Part shown: piece after piece, positions 50,469-62,899 of the stretch
Layout: every line of letters begins with the position of its first letter
How positions within the stretch are numbered: position 1 is the first letter of the stretch
DNA from: Podarcis liolepis
Lineage: Eukaryota
Direction: 5' to 3' (one strand)
Length of the DNA: 64,000 bases
Assembly (NCBI GenBank): GCA_965112155.1
Contig: OZ218098.1
Position numbers and translations under genes: made by a program
The notes under the pieces: generated by a model
Told to the model about the DNA's origin: nothing
The model's database searches: none
What the model saw: the letters and a program-made list of their open reading frames with translations, nothing else

Positions 50469-51888
50469 AGTAGAAATATTTATTGCTAGATATGCCTAAT
50501 GCATTCCAGTATATAGCTTTATTGGAGGGTGTTTTTAAAAAAGATAGCAGGACAAGTAAGTCAACAGAATGTTAAAGAAAATATTTCTTCATCTATTCAT
50601 CATATTCTTAACTTACCTTACCTTATAGGCAGCTCAAGCATAATTTAACCCTTTAAAACAACAATTTCAAAAACATCAAACCCCAACAAAAATGGTTGAA
50701 ACAAACTAACCAATTTAATCATTCTCTGTACAGCACCCATGATCTCAAAAAAACATAGTAACAAGCCACAATAATAAATAACAATTCTAAAAAATGTGTT
50801 TACCCCTGGACTTCTTTTGAATAGTAACATTTAAAAATCCTTAATAAAAATGTTAGGTAACTGTTAGTCAAGTCTTGAAACATGCATAAGGTCATACATT
50901 TATGATGAGCACTCTGCAAATTCTGTATGACTAAGAAAGTGTCTACATCAGATAACAACAGACAAAAATAACTGTTTGCAAAGACAATAGACATGTGGTT
51001 CTAAAACCCTTAAGTATCTCCACAGAGTTAAAAACAAAGCTGATAGCAGCTCTACTCATGGACTAATATGCAGGGATGTTTAAAAATAAGCCTGCACACT
51101 TACCAACAAACAAAAGCCACAAACCACTCTTCCTTGCTCTCAAATACAAGACTAACTCATGAAAACATTATTAGGGCTTGCCTTTTAACCCATGACGGCT
51201 TTGTAAACTATTTGAATGAGCCAACAGGGAGGTGGAGGAATAGGTCATAGAAATCTGCCCTCAATCAGAAGACCATGATTTCCCTCCCACCCAAAAAAAG
51301 TAAGATTTGCCCACATTTCTCCCTCACTTAGACTTTACTGTCCCTGTTCTACAGAGATTTCTTGAGAGATCCACAGAAAGCAAACAGTTGCCAAAGACTC
51401 CTGGTTATTATAATCTTTATCCCACAATTAATCTGTTCATCTTTAAGATGCCGTTGGACTTTTTGGTTGGTTTTTTAAAACTCTGCCAAACTGCACCTGA
51501 TGACATTAGGAAGTTTGCCTGAACAAGGTCTGCATGACTTGCTCCATGAAGAGCAAATATGTTCTCTGCAGGTTTAAGACCAAATATTTGGGGAAAGACT
51601 GCTGCCATTGACAAGCACAAACCTGAACCCATCTAAATTAATTCCTCTATTATCAAGACACTTGTGGGAAAGAAAGGAACCTCAGACACAAGCCACCTGA
51701 TTTTTATATGGCTTCCAATGCCTAAAATGCATGGTTCCTAGACAGCTTAACTGAATATTAAACAGTTTGGAAAGCAAACACACACACAAGCCCAACCAAT
51801 CTTATAGCAGCTTGGGAGAAATACACACTGAGCAAGGAGGAACTTTTCACATTTGTTATCCCTATGTTGCAATAGGAGCCATTCATGT

Positions 51889-52048
51889 GTACACACTATA
51901 CCTTTAAAATGCATTTCCCCCCTCAAAGAATTCTGGGCTGTAAAGTTTACACCTCATGGAGTTACCATTCCCAGCAACCCATTAACAAACTACAGTGCCC
52001 AAAATTCTTTGAGGCAGAAAATGTGCTTTAAACGTATAGTGTGTCTGT
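51889..52048. mobile_element. Palindromic MITE related to 2530-2850
   Basis: Arms acacactatacctttaaaatgcattt / aaatgtgctttaaacgtatagtgtgt; shared aagaattctggg and aaactacag motifs. Confidence 0.65.
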
Positions 52049-52474
52049 AGTTGGAGTAAAATTACAGGGCTTTGGTTGAAAGAAATTGCCAGGGAATCAT
52101 CCTGTTCCTTGGGAGTGCTGTGGTTGCCACCAATTGTCTTCTAGAAATATAGGAAGTGACCTTATACCAAGACAGGCCATTGGCTCATTTGGCTCAGCAC
52201 TGGCAACTGGCATCAGCTCTCCAGGATTTAATGGAGGGCTCCTTCTGTATGCTCTACCACCAAGCTATGGCTCTGGTCTCTGTGTTATCACTGGAGGCCT
52301 CAGATGTGGCCCTGGGTCTTCCAGTTGCTGATCTCTATTTTAAACCCACAGCTAAGGAAAAATGCATTTGGTCAGTAAAAAGGATTTTATTTCACAATCT
52401 GCAGAGTTTAAGGAGAATTATCTCTGGCCTCAACCAAGCATATTTTAGGGAACTGTTTAGCTAATGACAAAGCC

Positions 52475-52502
52475 TGTGTGTGTGTGTGTGTGTGTGTGTG
52501 TG
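52475..52502. repeat. (TG)n microsatellite
   Basis: about 14 units followed by a GA-rich tract. Confidence 0.95.
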
Positions 52503-53217
52503 GAGAAAGAGGGAGAGAGAGAGAAGATCCTCTGTGTATTCAATAATATCATCTTACAGAGAGTGCTATAGAATCCTCAAGACAGACAGTTGGCTCCGTT
52601 GTGTTTATATTGGGAAGTCAGCCTCCAAGACAGCTCTCTGAGGGGGTGATTGATGGAAACACCACTGCATAGAACATCATCATCTTAAATAAAGCTCCTT
52701 TCATTCTAAAAGTACTTTGCACCATTGATTTACAGAAGCCACTTCAACAGTTATTGAGATGAGAAGAACAATAAAAAAGGACTAGCGTCTTTCAGTGAAG
52801 TGTCAAGAGTGAGGCTCAGGAACACAACCCTTTTCGATCTGGACTAACTTTGCTAAACCCAGCCTCACTCCAGTCACTTTCACAAGGAAAGCTAATTTCT
52901 TGCACCTGAAGCCCTAATGCAGGACTACTGTGTGCTGCTGCTGGGTAGGGAGGAAAGACAATATCAGACCACCGATTTTAAGAAGAGAGTTAAAAACAAG
53001 CTGAAATAACCTGCTGTGCATTCTGATGCAAAATGACTGTGAAAGTCAGGATATAAATTTGCATGAATTGGTAATTTCTCCCCTTCCCTCAAGCCTAATT
53101 GCCTTGGGATGGAGTGGGGAGATTTTCTGTAGTGAGGGAAAGAGAAGTGAGAGGAAGAGGAGGAGAGGGGAGAAAAAAGAGGGGGGCCTCTTGCTCTGGC
53201 CCTGCCCACTTTGAGCT

Positions 53218-53376
53218 TCAGCCCCGCCCGCCCTGACTCCAGCCCTCCGGGATCCGGAGGGTGACGCAGAGCTGCAGGAAGCCCGGGAAAGCCTGTATTC
53301 GCCCCATAGGACGCACACACATTTCCCCTTCATTTTTGGAGGGGGAAAAGTGCGTCCTATAGGGCGAAAAATACGG
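53218..53376. mobile_element. One end of a Tc2/pogo-like DNA transposon
   Basis: CpG-rich block ending ...GGGCGAAAAATACGG|TA with a subterminal hairpin (cgccccataggacgcac / gtgcgtcctatagggcg). The partner TIR was not found. Confidence 0.6.
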
Positions 53377-53395
53377 TAAATACTGTGACAAAATA

Positions 53396-53553
53396 AAGGG
53401 CACTAATGATTATGCACTTATACAGACAGGAGTGACTTGTGGACAACTTCTGCTCTCCTTGTGTGATGCCTCTTCTAAAATAGTCAGCTTGAGAGCAGAA
53501 GTTGTCCACAAATCCCTCCTGACTGTTTTGAGTGCATAATCATTAGTGCCCTT
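53396..53553. repeat. Foldback with arms of about 65 bp (probable MITE)
   Basis: AAGGGCACTAATGATTATGCACT...TTGTGGACAACTTCTGCTCTC / GAGAGCAGAAGTTGTCCACAA...AGTGCATAATCATTAGTGCCCTT. Confidence 0.85.
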
Positions 53554-54229
53554 CATAAGGAAAACCGAGGAAGTGAGTCACACAACTTAGGCCTGAGCAA
53601 AAGATTAGTCTATAAATACTTCTTGAAGATACTGACAAATGGAAGGAAACAGATGATAAAGGGAGGAGATTCACTGATAAACGGACACCTCAGAAAAATG
53701 CACACTGATGAAGAGAAATCTTGGGCATAAGAAAACTGATGGTGGACGAGTAAAGAAGCAAGAGTTCTAGAAATAAGATAGTGACTCATAACCAAAACAG
53801 GGAGACATGTAATTGCTGCTTAGTACACAGGATTCTGATTATGTGATTAGGAATGTATTGACAGGGATGGAGATTTCCTTGCTAGAGTTTATGAGGACAT
53901 AGCTTTCATATTCCCACCTCTTTAGAGTTGAGGTGGCTGGTGACCATGAACAGGGCCTTCTTACTTTTCACATCCCACCTTTGGAATTCACTTCCCAAAG
54001 AAACAGAGTTAGCACGTCTCCACTCTCATTTATATGGCAAGCATATTAAAAACATTTCTCTTGGGCATTTTCCTAAAGATTGCTGCCTCTAAATTGCTCC
54101 CTTTCTCTGATGTAGTCTTGGTGTGTTTGGCTCTATTGGCTTTTTTAAATGCATTTTTTAAAAAATAAGTCAACTTTTAAACATGATTTGATAGTTTTAC
54201 ATGAGCTACCTTAATAATTTAATAATAAT

Positions 54230-54557
54230 AGTAATTTATTATTTATACCCCACCCATCTGGCTTTATTTCCCAAGCCACTCTGAGCGGCTTCCAACAGAA
54301 GATTAAAAATACATTACAACATCAGTCATTAAAAACATCCCTAAACAGGGCTGCCTTCAGATGTCTTCTAAACGTCAGGTAGTTGTTTATTTCCTTGACA
54401 TCTGATGGGAGGGTGTTCCACAGGGTGGGCGCCACTACCGAGAAGGGCCTCTGCCTGGTTCCCTGTAACTTCGCTTCTCGCAGTGAGGGAACCGCCAGAA
54501 GGCCCTCGGCGCTGGACCTCAGCATCTGGGTTGAACAATGGGGGTGGAGACACTCCT
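54230..54557 (-). mobile_element. Young L2 LINE 3' end; an older L2 end is adjacent at about 53900-54215
   Basis: LRSSAEGLLAVP...RPFSVVAPTLWNTLP...TFRRHLKAALF followed by an L2-type tail (ggaagccgctcagagtgg...gggtataaataataaa). Confidence 0.88.
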
Positions 54558-54581
54558 TGACATCAAATGATGTAAAGGCAA

Positions 54582-54730
54582 CATAGGTGCCAACTATAGG
54601 AGGCCCAGGAGGCCTGGGGGCTCTGATGCAACTTCCGGTACAAACCGGAAGTCACGTTGGGAGGTCTCGCGAGGACTCGGGCATGATCTCAGAGGCCCCA
54701 CAAGGCCTGGGCCCCAAGTTGGCGCCCGTG
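54582..54730. mobile_element. hAT-type MITE
   Basis: TIRs CATAGGTGCCAACT / AGTTGGCGCCCGTG; TSD aaaggcaa/aaagtcaa. Confidence 0.75.
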
Positions 54731-55714
54731 AAAGTCAAGATATAAATATATTAAATAAAATGTAGCAGAACCTGCTGAAAATGAGCTGCCTGGGTCCACC
54801 AATCCACGCTGGCAGAGATGGAAGCCCTTGCTTTTTAACAAGAGGAACATTTAGCACACACCAAGAGCAGGAATACACATTATCAACAGCCGTGAAACCA
54901 ATGGTTTACCATAATCTGAATGGACCAGAAATGGATGCAAATGTAATTCCAGGATGTGCCACTAACTTGCAGCAGAGCCAGGGACCACTTTTTCAGCCAC
55001 ATTTCTGTTCCTTCCTTACAGCAAGCCGTGGACAGATTTACACAAGTTTCCCTGCCCTCCATTTTGAAATCCAAGCACATTTGTCACTATTAATAAACAG
55101 GAAGCCTCATTCCTATCCTTTCCAGAGGATGGGAAGGGGACTGCTCAGAGTGGGGGGTGCAGTATACTGCATTGTCCAAAACCACGACTGTAATTCCATG
55201 CACACTTACTTTGGAGTAAACACTACTAAAATGAGTGGGACTTACTTCTGAATAAAGATGCAGCAGTGCCAGTGAGAGGATGGTTCTCAGTCAAGCTCCC
55301 CTCCCCGCTCTGTTGCTACAACAGCCATAACCACCAACTAAACCAGATCCTGAAATTAATCCTCCGGGGAACCAAAATTAACAGTGCTTGTTGCTAAAAA
55401 CACAAGTGCTTCCCTCTCCCTATATTCCCCACCTTCCCAGCGCCACATAGTTTTGAGAGGACCCAGCAAAATTGTTGCTCAGCTGCTTTGAAGAGCTCTC
55501 TGTATACATCAGAGGGAAATCAATGGGCAGTCCATCAACAAAAAGACAAGGGCGGTTTTAAAAGGCAGTTTATTGGCAAGCCAGACGCCAATGCTGGAGG
55601 GAAGGCACAGCAGCACCTGAACTCTGCAGCAAAACTGAGGAAAGCACATTTCTCTGAATGTGGAATTGACACAGTCAGCCCAGTTCTAGTTCCCATAGCA
55701 AATCCTCTACACAC

Positions 55715-56160
55715 CAGAGGTTTTCAACCTTTTTGAGTCCACGGCTCCCTTGACCAACTACTTTCTTTCTGCGGCACCCCTGTGAGGCTCAGAAGCCCAG
55801 TTATGTCACCCCTTGTCTGCAGAGCTGGCAACATTTCACCCTTTTTTGAACACCCTCCCTCATGGAATATTCTCTCAGCCTCCTCTCCTGTCTCCTTGGG
55901 TGTCCTTGGGCAGCCACCGCTCCCCCGTGCTCCAAAGAGATGTGCCTCCTCATGCCGCCCCACAGGGACCTGGGCAGAGGATGCCCCCAGCCTCAGTGGC
56001 CCAACAGAGACTGGCCAAAGGTGAACATGAGGCAGCAGTGGGGCTGCCACAACGAACAGCTGTGCAAGCCTTTAGAAGGCAGAAACTCAAGAGGGCATCA
56101 GAAGAGGGAGGGAAAGAAAGGCACCCCAGGGTACCACGGCACACTGGTTGAAAAACACTG
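55715..56160. mobile_element. hAT (Charlie-like) non-autonomous element
   Basis: TIRs CAGAGGTTTTCAACC / GGTTGAAAAACACTG; ctctacac flanks both sides (the left copy is offset by 2 nt). Confidence 0.75.
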
Positions 56161-58049
56161 CTCTACACTACAGCATGGCTGGCTTACCCATCGCCCTCAG
56201 GATGTTGCTGAACTATAAAGCCCATCACCTCTGACCACTGAGCCATGCTGGTCAGGTTTGATAGGAATGTCAGTCCAGCAATATCTGGAGGACTAATTAG
56301 CCACCTCTGCTCCACCACAAAGGTAGTGGAAGCACTCCCACAAAGGGATCAGTACACAGTTTACCGCACTGTTAAAATGCTTATACACAGTGCCTATCAA
56401 AGTGAATGTAGCTAAATGGCTCTTTTCTTTTCTTTCTTGTTTTAAGCAGCAGGATTCTAAATAATTTCACATAAAAGAAGCACTTGCGTTGCTCCCTTTG
56501 TTTTCAGCTGACATCTATCTATTGAACACAAAAGCAGTGCAGTGACTGGACAGACACTATACATTGGATGCACAGAGGTTTCATAGCAGGAACTACTGCA
56601 GGCAGCTAGAGCTTTTCCATATCATCACTTTTTCTTCACAAAAGAAGCATACAGCTGTTTCTTTTTTACTTGTGCAGGATCCTGCCCTCATTTTCCCAGT
56701 AATTTGAAGCAGAATACCTTATATGTTTAAAATGCCACACTTTGTGGACAGACCATGTCTATCATCATACTGAATGCAATTGCACAAGTCATAGGTGCCC
56801 ACTGGACATGGTCTTCTGCAACACAAATGGGGAATAAGTGACACAACTATCCCTCTCTCAAGCCTCTGCACTATCTGCCACCTTAAAAAATGCTTTCGAG
56901 ACTGAGAAAGAACATGGCCATCTTTCTCCTCCTCCACTTCCCAGCTACCCCCATGTCTCTGAAATGGGACAGGTGAGCTGTATTTGAACTGAAACACAGG
57001 AATTTATTTCACAAAGATGAAAATAAGACTGCTCTGAGAGCTACTGGGTCTTATAAGAGGAATAAGGATCTTTGCTCTCCACTGAGAATGAATGAATATA
57101 CAATCAAATACAGCTAGCTGTATTTGGCAGTAACCAGCTGCATCAAATGTTAGACATACTCAAAGCAGGCACACTGAAATTAATGGGTTTAAGTTAAGAA
57201 CCCACTGAAATTAAAGGCAATAATGGAGTGTGACAAATATTGGATACAACCTACCGGTAATTCTTTTTTCACTTCCAATAATATACTTTCAATAAATGTC
57301 TTAAGTTTTACCAAAGCAGACTCATTTAAATTATAAAATCATAAAATGTTTCAATAGACAACCAAAATGATGAACACTATCTTCCATTTTCTTCCAGAAA
57401 TCACCAGAGGGCATAATGCATAAGACTGATATCTGACACCCAGCACCTCTAACCATCAATATGCTTGGGTTCTGCAAGGTGATATATAATCATATACACT
57501 TATGTTGCCTATCCCTCAGAATCAAAGAAACAGGCTGAAGAAGGTAAATTGACTGCTTATTATAAATAACAACCCCTTTCCTATATGTCTTTATAGTGTC
57601 AAAAGGTAGTGCTATAGTTATTGGTCACAGGCAGAATAATTTACCCTGGTTTCTGTTACTAAGTGGAAACAAGAATCAATTCCTTTTCTATTTTTTTGGG
57701 GGGGAAACAAAACAAAATATTGAGGCAACACAATGCTGCTGCATCCCAGGGTAAAGTTTCCTGCTTGGCATGTAGGTTTAAATGCAGGGACTCTTAACAG
57801 CCACCACTGCAAGTGGGGAAATATGTGGGGAATGATTTCTACCTTCCCTACCCAGTTTATTCCTGGATGAACAGAACTTGTAAGAATATGGATTTTCCTT
57901 GCAATGTCTTTGAACCGGACAGTGCTTTGCTCCACCCTGGTCCTGTTTACTCCCCCACCACGCTGAGCTAAGCCAAGGTTTGGCTTAACACAGGGGTGGG
58001 GAACTTTTCTCAGTCCAAGACCTGCATTCCATTCTGGAGAACCTTCCGA

Positions 58050-58050
<1 letters not shown>

Positions 58051-58084
<34 letters not shown>
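58051..58084. repeat. (TAA)n microsatellite
   Basis: 11 units; source of the poly-Y and poly-L runs in the ORF track. Confidence 0.97.
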
Positions 58085-58085
<1 letters not shown>

Positions 58086-58217
58086 CCAGTGGCAGGCAGT
58101 GAGAACGGAGGCAAAAGCAGGCAGAGCACTTAGTGTAAATTTTATCTTTGCACAGTAGGCCAATTTCTACACACACACAACCCCCTCTGTCCTCCATCCA
58201 GCAAGCAAAATACATTA

Positions 58218-58459
58218 CAGTGGTACCTCGGTTCTTGAACTTAATCCATTCCAGGAGTCCATTCAACTCCTGAAACCGTGTGCCAACCAAGGCGCAGCTT
58301 CCGATTGGCTGCAGGCGCTTCCTGCACTCAAGCAGAAGCCGCGTCAGACATTTGGCTTCCGAAAAATGCTCGCAAACTAGAACACTTACTTCTGGGTTTG
58401 CGGTGTTCGGGAGCCGATTTGTTTGGGAGCCAAGCCGTTCGAGTAACAAGGTACCACTC
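58218..58459. mobile_element. pogo/Tigger-like MITE
   Basis: TA|CAGTGGTACCTCGG ... CAAGGTACCACTC|TA; CpG-rich interior. Confidence 0.82.
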
Positions 58460-59083
58460 TATCAGAGTTCAGGGTTATATTTTAAAAGATGTTTTTCTAG
58501 CCCTGGCAGGTGGGAGGGAAGGTAAGGGGTGGGTTTTGGTGCAAAAGAAGCAGGAACAAGTAGCCAAGAGACGCTTTGCCACATGTTGACTGAGGGGATG
58601 GGCTTGGGGGTCTTGCAGTAGGCCATAGGCTTAAGGTTCATATTACCACTGGGAACTGTGGGCCTTTTTGCCAGCATGCAATCCTGAACTGTCTCTGCTA
58701 CACTGGCTTCTCTTTAGCCATCTGTGTGGCTAGTAGCAAAGTCCATCCTGCCCCGCAGGAGTGGCTCCTCTCAAACTGGAATTAATACTGGCTTTGTTTT
58801 CATTGCAGGAGGCCCATATGCTATTTTAGGGCAACTTCCAGCACTCTCTGTGGGAGCTGTACTCAGCAGTCCTAGGGCAGCATGTTTCCTTTAGGAACAA
58901 AAGGAAATAATGTTCCTGGGTCAGAGGACGTGGTTTTTGAGAGGATGGGCGGAGGGGGGGGGAAAGCACATTTCATGGAACAGGGCTGGTTTAAGCTACG
59001 ATGTGTTGTGGAACAGATTGCATGGGATAGCAAATTCCAGAGGGAATCCAACTTCCCTTACACACACACACACACACACAAGT

Positions 59084-59221
59084 GTCAAAATAAAAAAATT
59101 CCTTCCAGTAGCACCTTAAAGACCAACTAAGTTAGTTCTTGGTATGAGCTTTCGTGTGCATGCACGAATTTTTTTAATTTTGACTATGGCAGACCAACAC
59201 GGCTACCTATCTGTAACTACC
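59084..59221. mobile_element. Very short Penelope-like insertion with an inverted segment
   Basis: Minus strand reads gtgcatgcacacGAAAgctcataccaagaactaacttagttggtctttaaggtgctactgg. Inverted arms at 59084-59101 and 59166-59184; flanking repeat CACAAGTGT at 59077-59085 and 59222-59230. Confidence 0.7.
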
Positions 59222-62200
59222 CACAAGTGTGTCATTTTAAAGAAAAATCAGTTTGGGTTCGACATTTTCACGTCTAAATGGATAAGTAAAAAATGAACCT
59301 TGCACTGCTGCAGAGACAAGTGTGAGGGCCTGCTCCTGTGATTCCCCATTGCTAACACTATGAGCACCCCAAGGATGCAACTTGGCAAATGGCATGCTAG
59401 AAATGCTGGCACGAGGTGTGTGTTTACTCCATCAAGAATCCTATTCTGTTACACAACCTTCAGAGCAGGGGGTGGAAAATCAGCTATGTTTCTTTTAAAC
59501 ACATGTTTTCTTTGCCAAAAGCAATTACATATTCAAAGTGAAGGCAGCTAGAATTTTAACATGGCAGGCAGTCTTTTTCTTGTGAAAACCTATTGAATTT
59601 ATTCCAAGTTTGTTTGCTTTTCAAACCCACTGACATAGTCCATGCCTACTTACATTGATTTCCCATGACCCCATTAATTTTTAACTAAATTTAATGTGAG
59701 CAAATGAAAGGCTGACAACATCACGGCAGGTTTTGAATTTTGATGACTGGTGGCGTATCCTAAAATCCAAGCGAAGTTCAGGGCCCCACTGTGGTAAATA
59801 CTTGCTTTCTAGTCTTGAGCCTCTTGCTGCCTGCTACCCCTGCCTTCAATCAGACCCTCCCACCTAAGCCAGTCTAAAGTAAATGCTTAAAGAAGCCTGG
59901 TCACAATGTGTGTCAAGCCTGTAAATCGCCATTCAACTATAGTGACTCAGAATCACCTGCAGCCAACCAGACATTTTTAATATATAAATGGGAAGGGAGT
60001 ATGCCCTTTAGTTTCTTTCAGCTGATCAATTGCCACTAACAAAGGCATAAAGGGGAGGGTACAAGCCAATACTAAAAGTATGTGCAAGTTAATTTGCACA
60101 TTTGAAATATATGCCTGTTCGTATTTGGAATCTCCACACACTTTCTTCCATTGCCACAAGAGGCTGAATCCACAGAGGTAAGGAACTGAGAATGGTATGA
60201 AATGGGAAGACTACAGAAGTGAACCTAAAAAGATGAGGACCAGAGAATGAGAGATGAACTCCTTTAGTTGGCCCACCCACTAACACTTGGGACAAAGCCT
60301 CCAGGTCAGCAAGGTGCAGACATTCCCAGTCTAGGAAAATGTGCTCTCTATGTATCCACATTTCAACCTGGGGAATGGTCCAAGTTAGGTCTAGACCAGT
60401 TGCAATCCTATGCATATTTACACAAGAGCAGGTGCCTCTGAAATAAGTTGGGGCGTACTTTGTAGAAAAAGATTGTAGTTTAATGACTAATCAGTTAGGC
60501 TTGCTTCAACCCAGTAAATGTGATAGGTTCAGGCCACAGCTGCATGACACCAAGGCTACACACAGACTAGCTCTCCTAAACTAAACAGAGGAAGCCTGTG
60601 CCACCCAAAGCAAGATGATGTGTCTAACCTTTAAAAATAAATAAAACAGTGTTATTCTTTCACAACCTCTTTCACAAAGAGATGTATGTTTTGGTCCGGA
60701 AATTAACATGCTCTCCAGACATCTCTCACCTTAGAACCCTTGCCCCAATGCAAGACCCAGAATCTGATTCATTACAGTATTTCACTCTAAACTCAGGTAA
60801 ACCTGACTTTCTTATGGCCTGCATTGTTTAAAAAATGGACTTTGCTCCTTTAAGGCTCGGTTCCAGCCCTTGACAGTCAATGCCAGGAAATTCCACTGCA
60901 GCCTGCAACTTTTTGCCTTTGTTTGTTCTAAGATCCTAGATACAGTTGCCCAGAACTGCCTACAGGTCCAACTGCCCTTTGCAGTCCTCTCTTCTTTTTT
61001 CATTTTCCCCTCACAGTTGCCTGAGCCACACCATTTGCCCCTTTCCCTGCTAGGCCACAACCCTCTCCTTTCCTCCATCATGGCCCGCACACACATACAA
61101 ACACGCAGATAAACACATACTCTCCTCAGTCAACTGAGGATCGAAGCAAATGATACAACCGCAAGAAGCATATGCCCTGCCCCACCCCAGACCGTGCAAG
61201 ATTGTACAATCCATTAGATAATTAAGAGTGCAGCTTCCTGGATGCCCTAGCCAGCCTGGCACTGTGGTGTAATGCAGCACTGCAAGAAAAAGCTCCTTTT
61301 ACTATAATGTCTTCCCATTATTGAGGAGGGAGGGTGTGTCCACAAGAATGAAAGGAAACAGCATTAGCTGCTTCTGGAGCCCAAAGGAGGCTCTCAAAGG
61401 CCTGTATCAGGGGAGGTCACTCTCCAGATACTGTTGGATTACAATGTCCATCATTCTCAGGCATCAGTTGGGGCTGATGGAAGTTGGGAGCCCAACATCT
61501 GAAGGGCTGCAGGTTCCTCAACTTTGTTCTACACCATTCACATTTACAGTTCTTTAGAAAATGTAGTGAAATATAGTTCCCAGAAATATCATGGGAGGAA
61601 GTGAACAAGTACATTATCATTGCCTGCTTCTGCTGGTACATGTGTAGGGGTAACCTGCATCATGCCTCAGAAAAGATGCATATGAACTATTTCTGCATTT
61701 GTCTCACCACAGAGAAAGATATCCAAGTACCTTCTTCCCATGTTATGGTGGTAAAATGGCTCACTCATGCTTCCTCATCATGTGCATAACTGCCTTCAGA
61801 AGTCAAGAGTAGTCAGACAGGTGCAGAGTTAAAACAGGCAGATCGCATGGAGCCCCTGCAAAGTTTTCTTGCATGTTCAATACTGAACTTATATTGCTGG
61901 TGATGGGTTCTGAAACAAAACTTTCGCCCCTGAGAAACACTTCAAGATAAAGGGCCTTATGCAATCCCTACTGTAATCCAGTAAATCACACTGAATAGTA
62001 AAATATATTCGATTTTTTAAATCTGACATTTCATGTACATTTTAATTTTTTTAAAAAAGTTAGGCAGCAAATGAAATGATGCATTAAACAGATTGAAAAG
62101 TAGCATAGAGCGCCATATCTCTGGAATACATATTCATTTCTTTTCTGCCCTGCTATGTACTCTACTCCAACTGTTTTTTGCCAAATGTGCATATACCGTA

Positions 62201-62899
62201 TATGGTGGGCAATGATGGGTGAAGTCTCTGAAATCTCTCATCTGTACTCAATGTTATTCCACCCAAGCAAAATCATTTCCAGCTGACTGTTTGCCCCAAC
62301 CTTGTTGACCTAAGTAAGGCTTGGATTCCCAATGGCTGAGCCCTTAATCCAGGCACTGGATGAAGCAAAAACCCCACAGCACAGGAAATGAACTCTTTGA
62401 AGGTGTGCCTATACAGTTAAGCCTAAAGTCCAGATAGCAAAAACTTCCCTCAGAAGCCATATACTTTTAGACTGTTTCCCACATTTTCTTCACTATTATC
62501 ACAGCTATCCAGAAGGAGGAAGGGTCCAGATTAGGCAGATTAAAACAGATTGTGTTGCAGAATCCTGCTGTACAGAAGTTCATTCTTTTCATATGTTTTC
62601 CCTTAACTATTGTGATGGCCAGAATGTAGGCAGAAAGTTTTTTGATTTTAAACAGAAAGAAAACATTTAAGTGTATATAAGCCAACTGTATCCTTTAGGT
62701 TTCATGCTAAAGAAACATCAAGATACTAGTCTGAATTTTTAGTCAGAACTGTTTGGGTTCCTTAGTTAGCATTTCCAACTTGCCCTTTTAATCTTGTGGC
62801 TCGTTCTGTTTTTGTTACACTGCATTTATAAATGGTTGTCACACTTTCTGCACTCCACACCCTTGGATTCGCATGATGAAGGGGTGGTTAAGAAAAATG

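Noticed and set aside
57618-58449. ORFs with poly-Tyr and poly-Leu runs
   Set aside because: Translation of the (TAA)n microsatellite and transposon sequence
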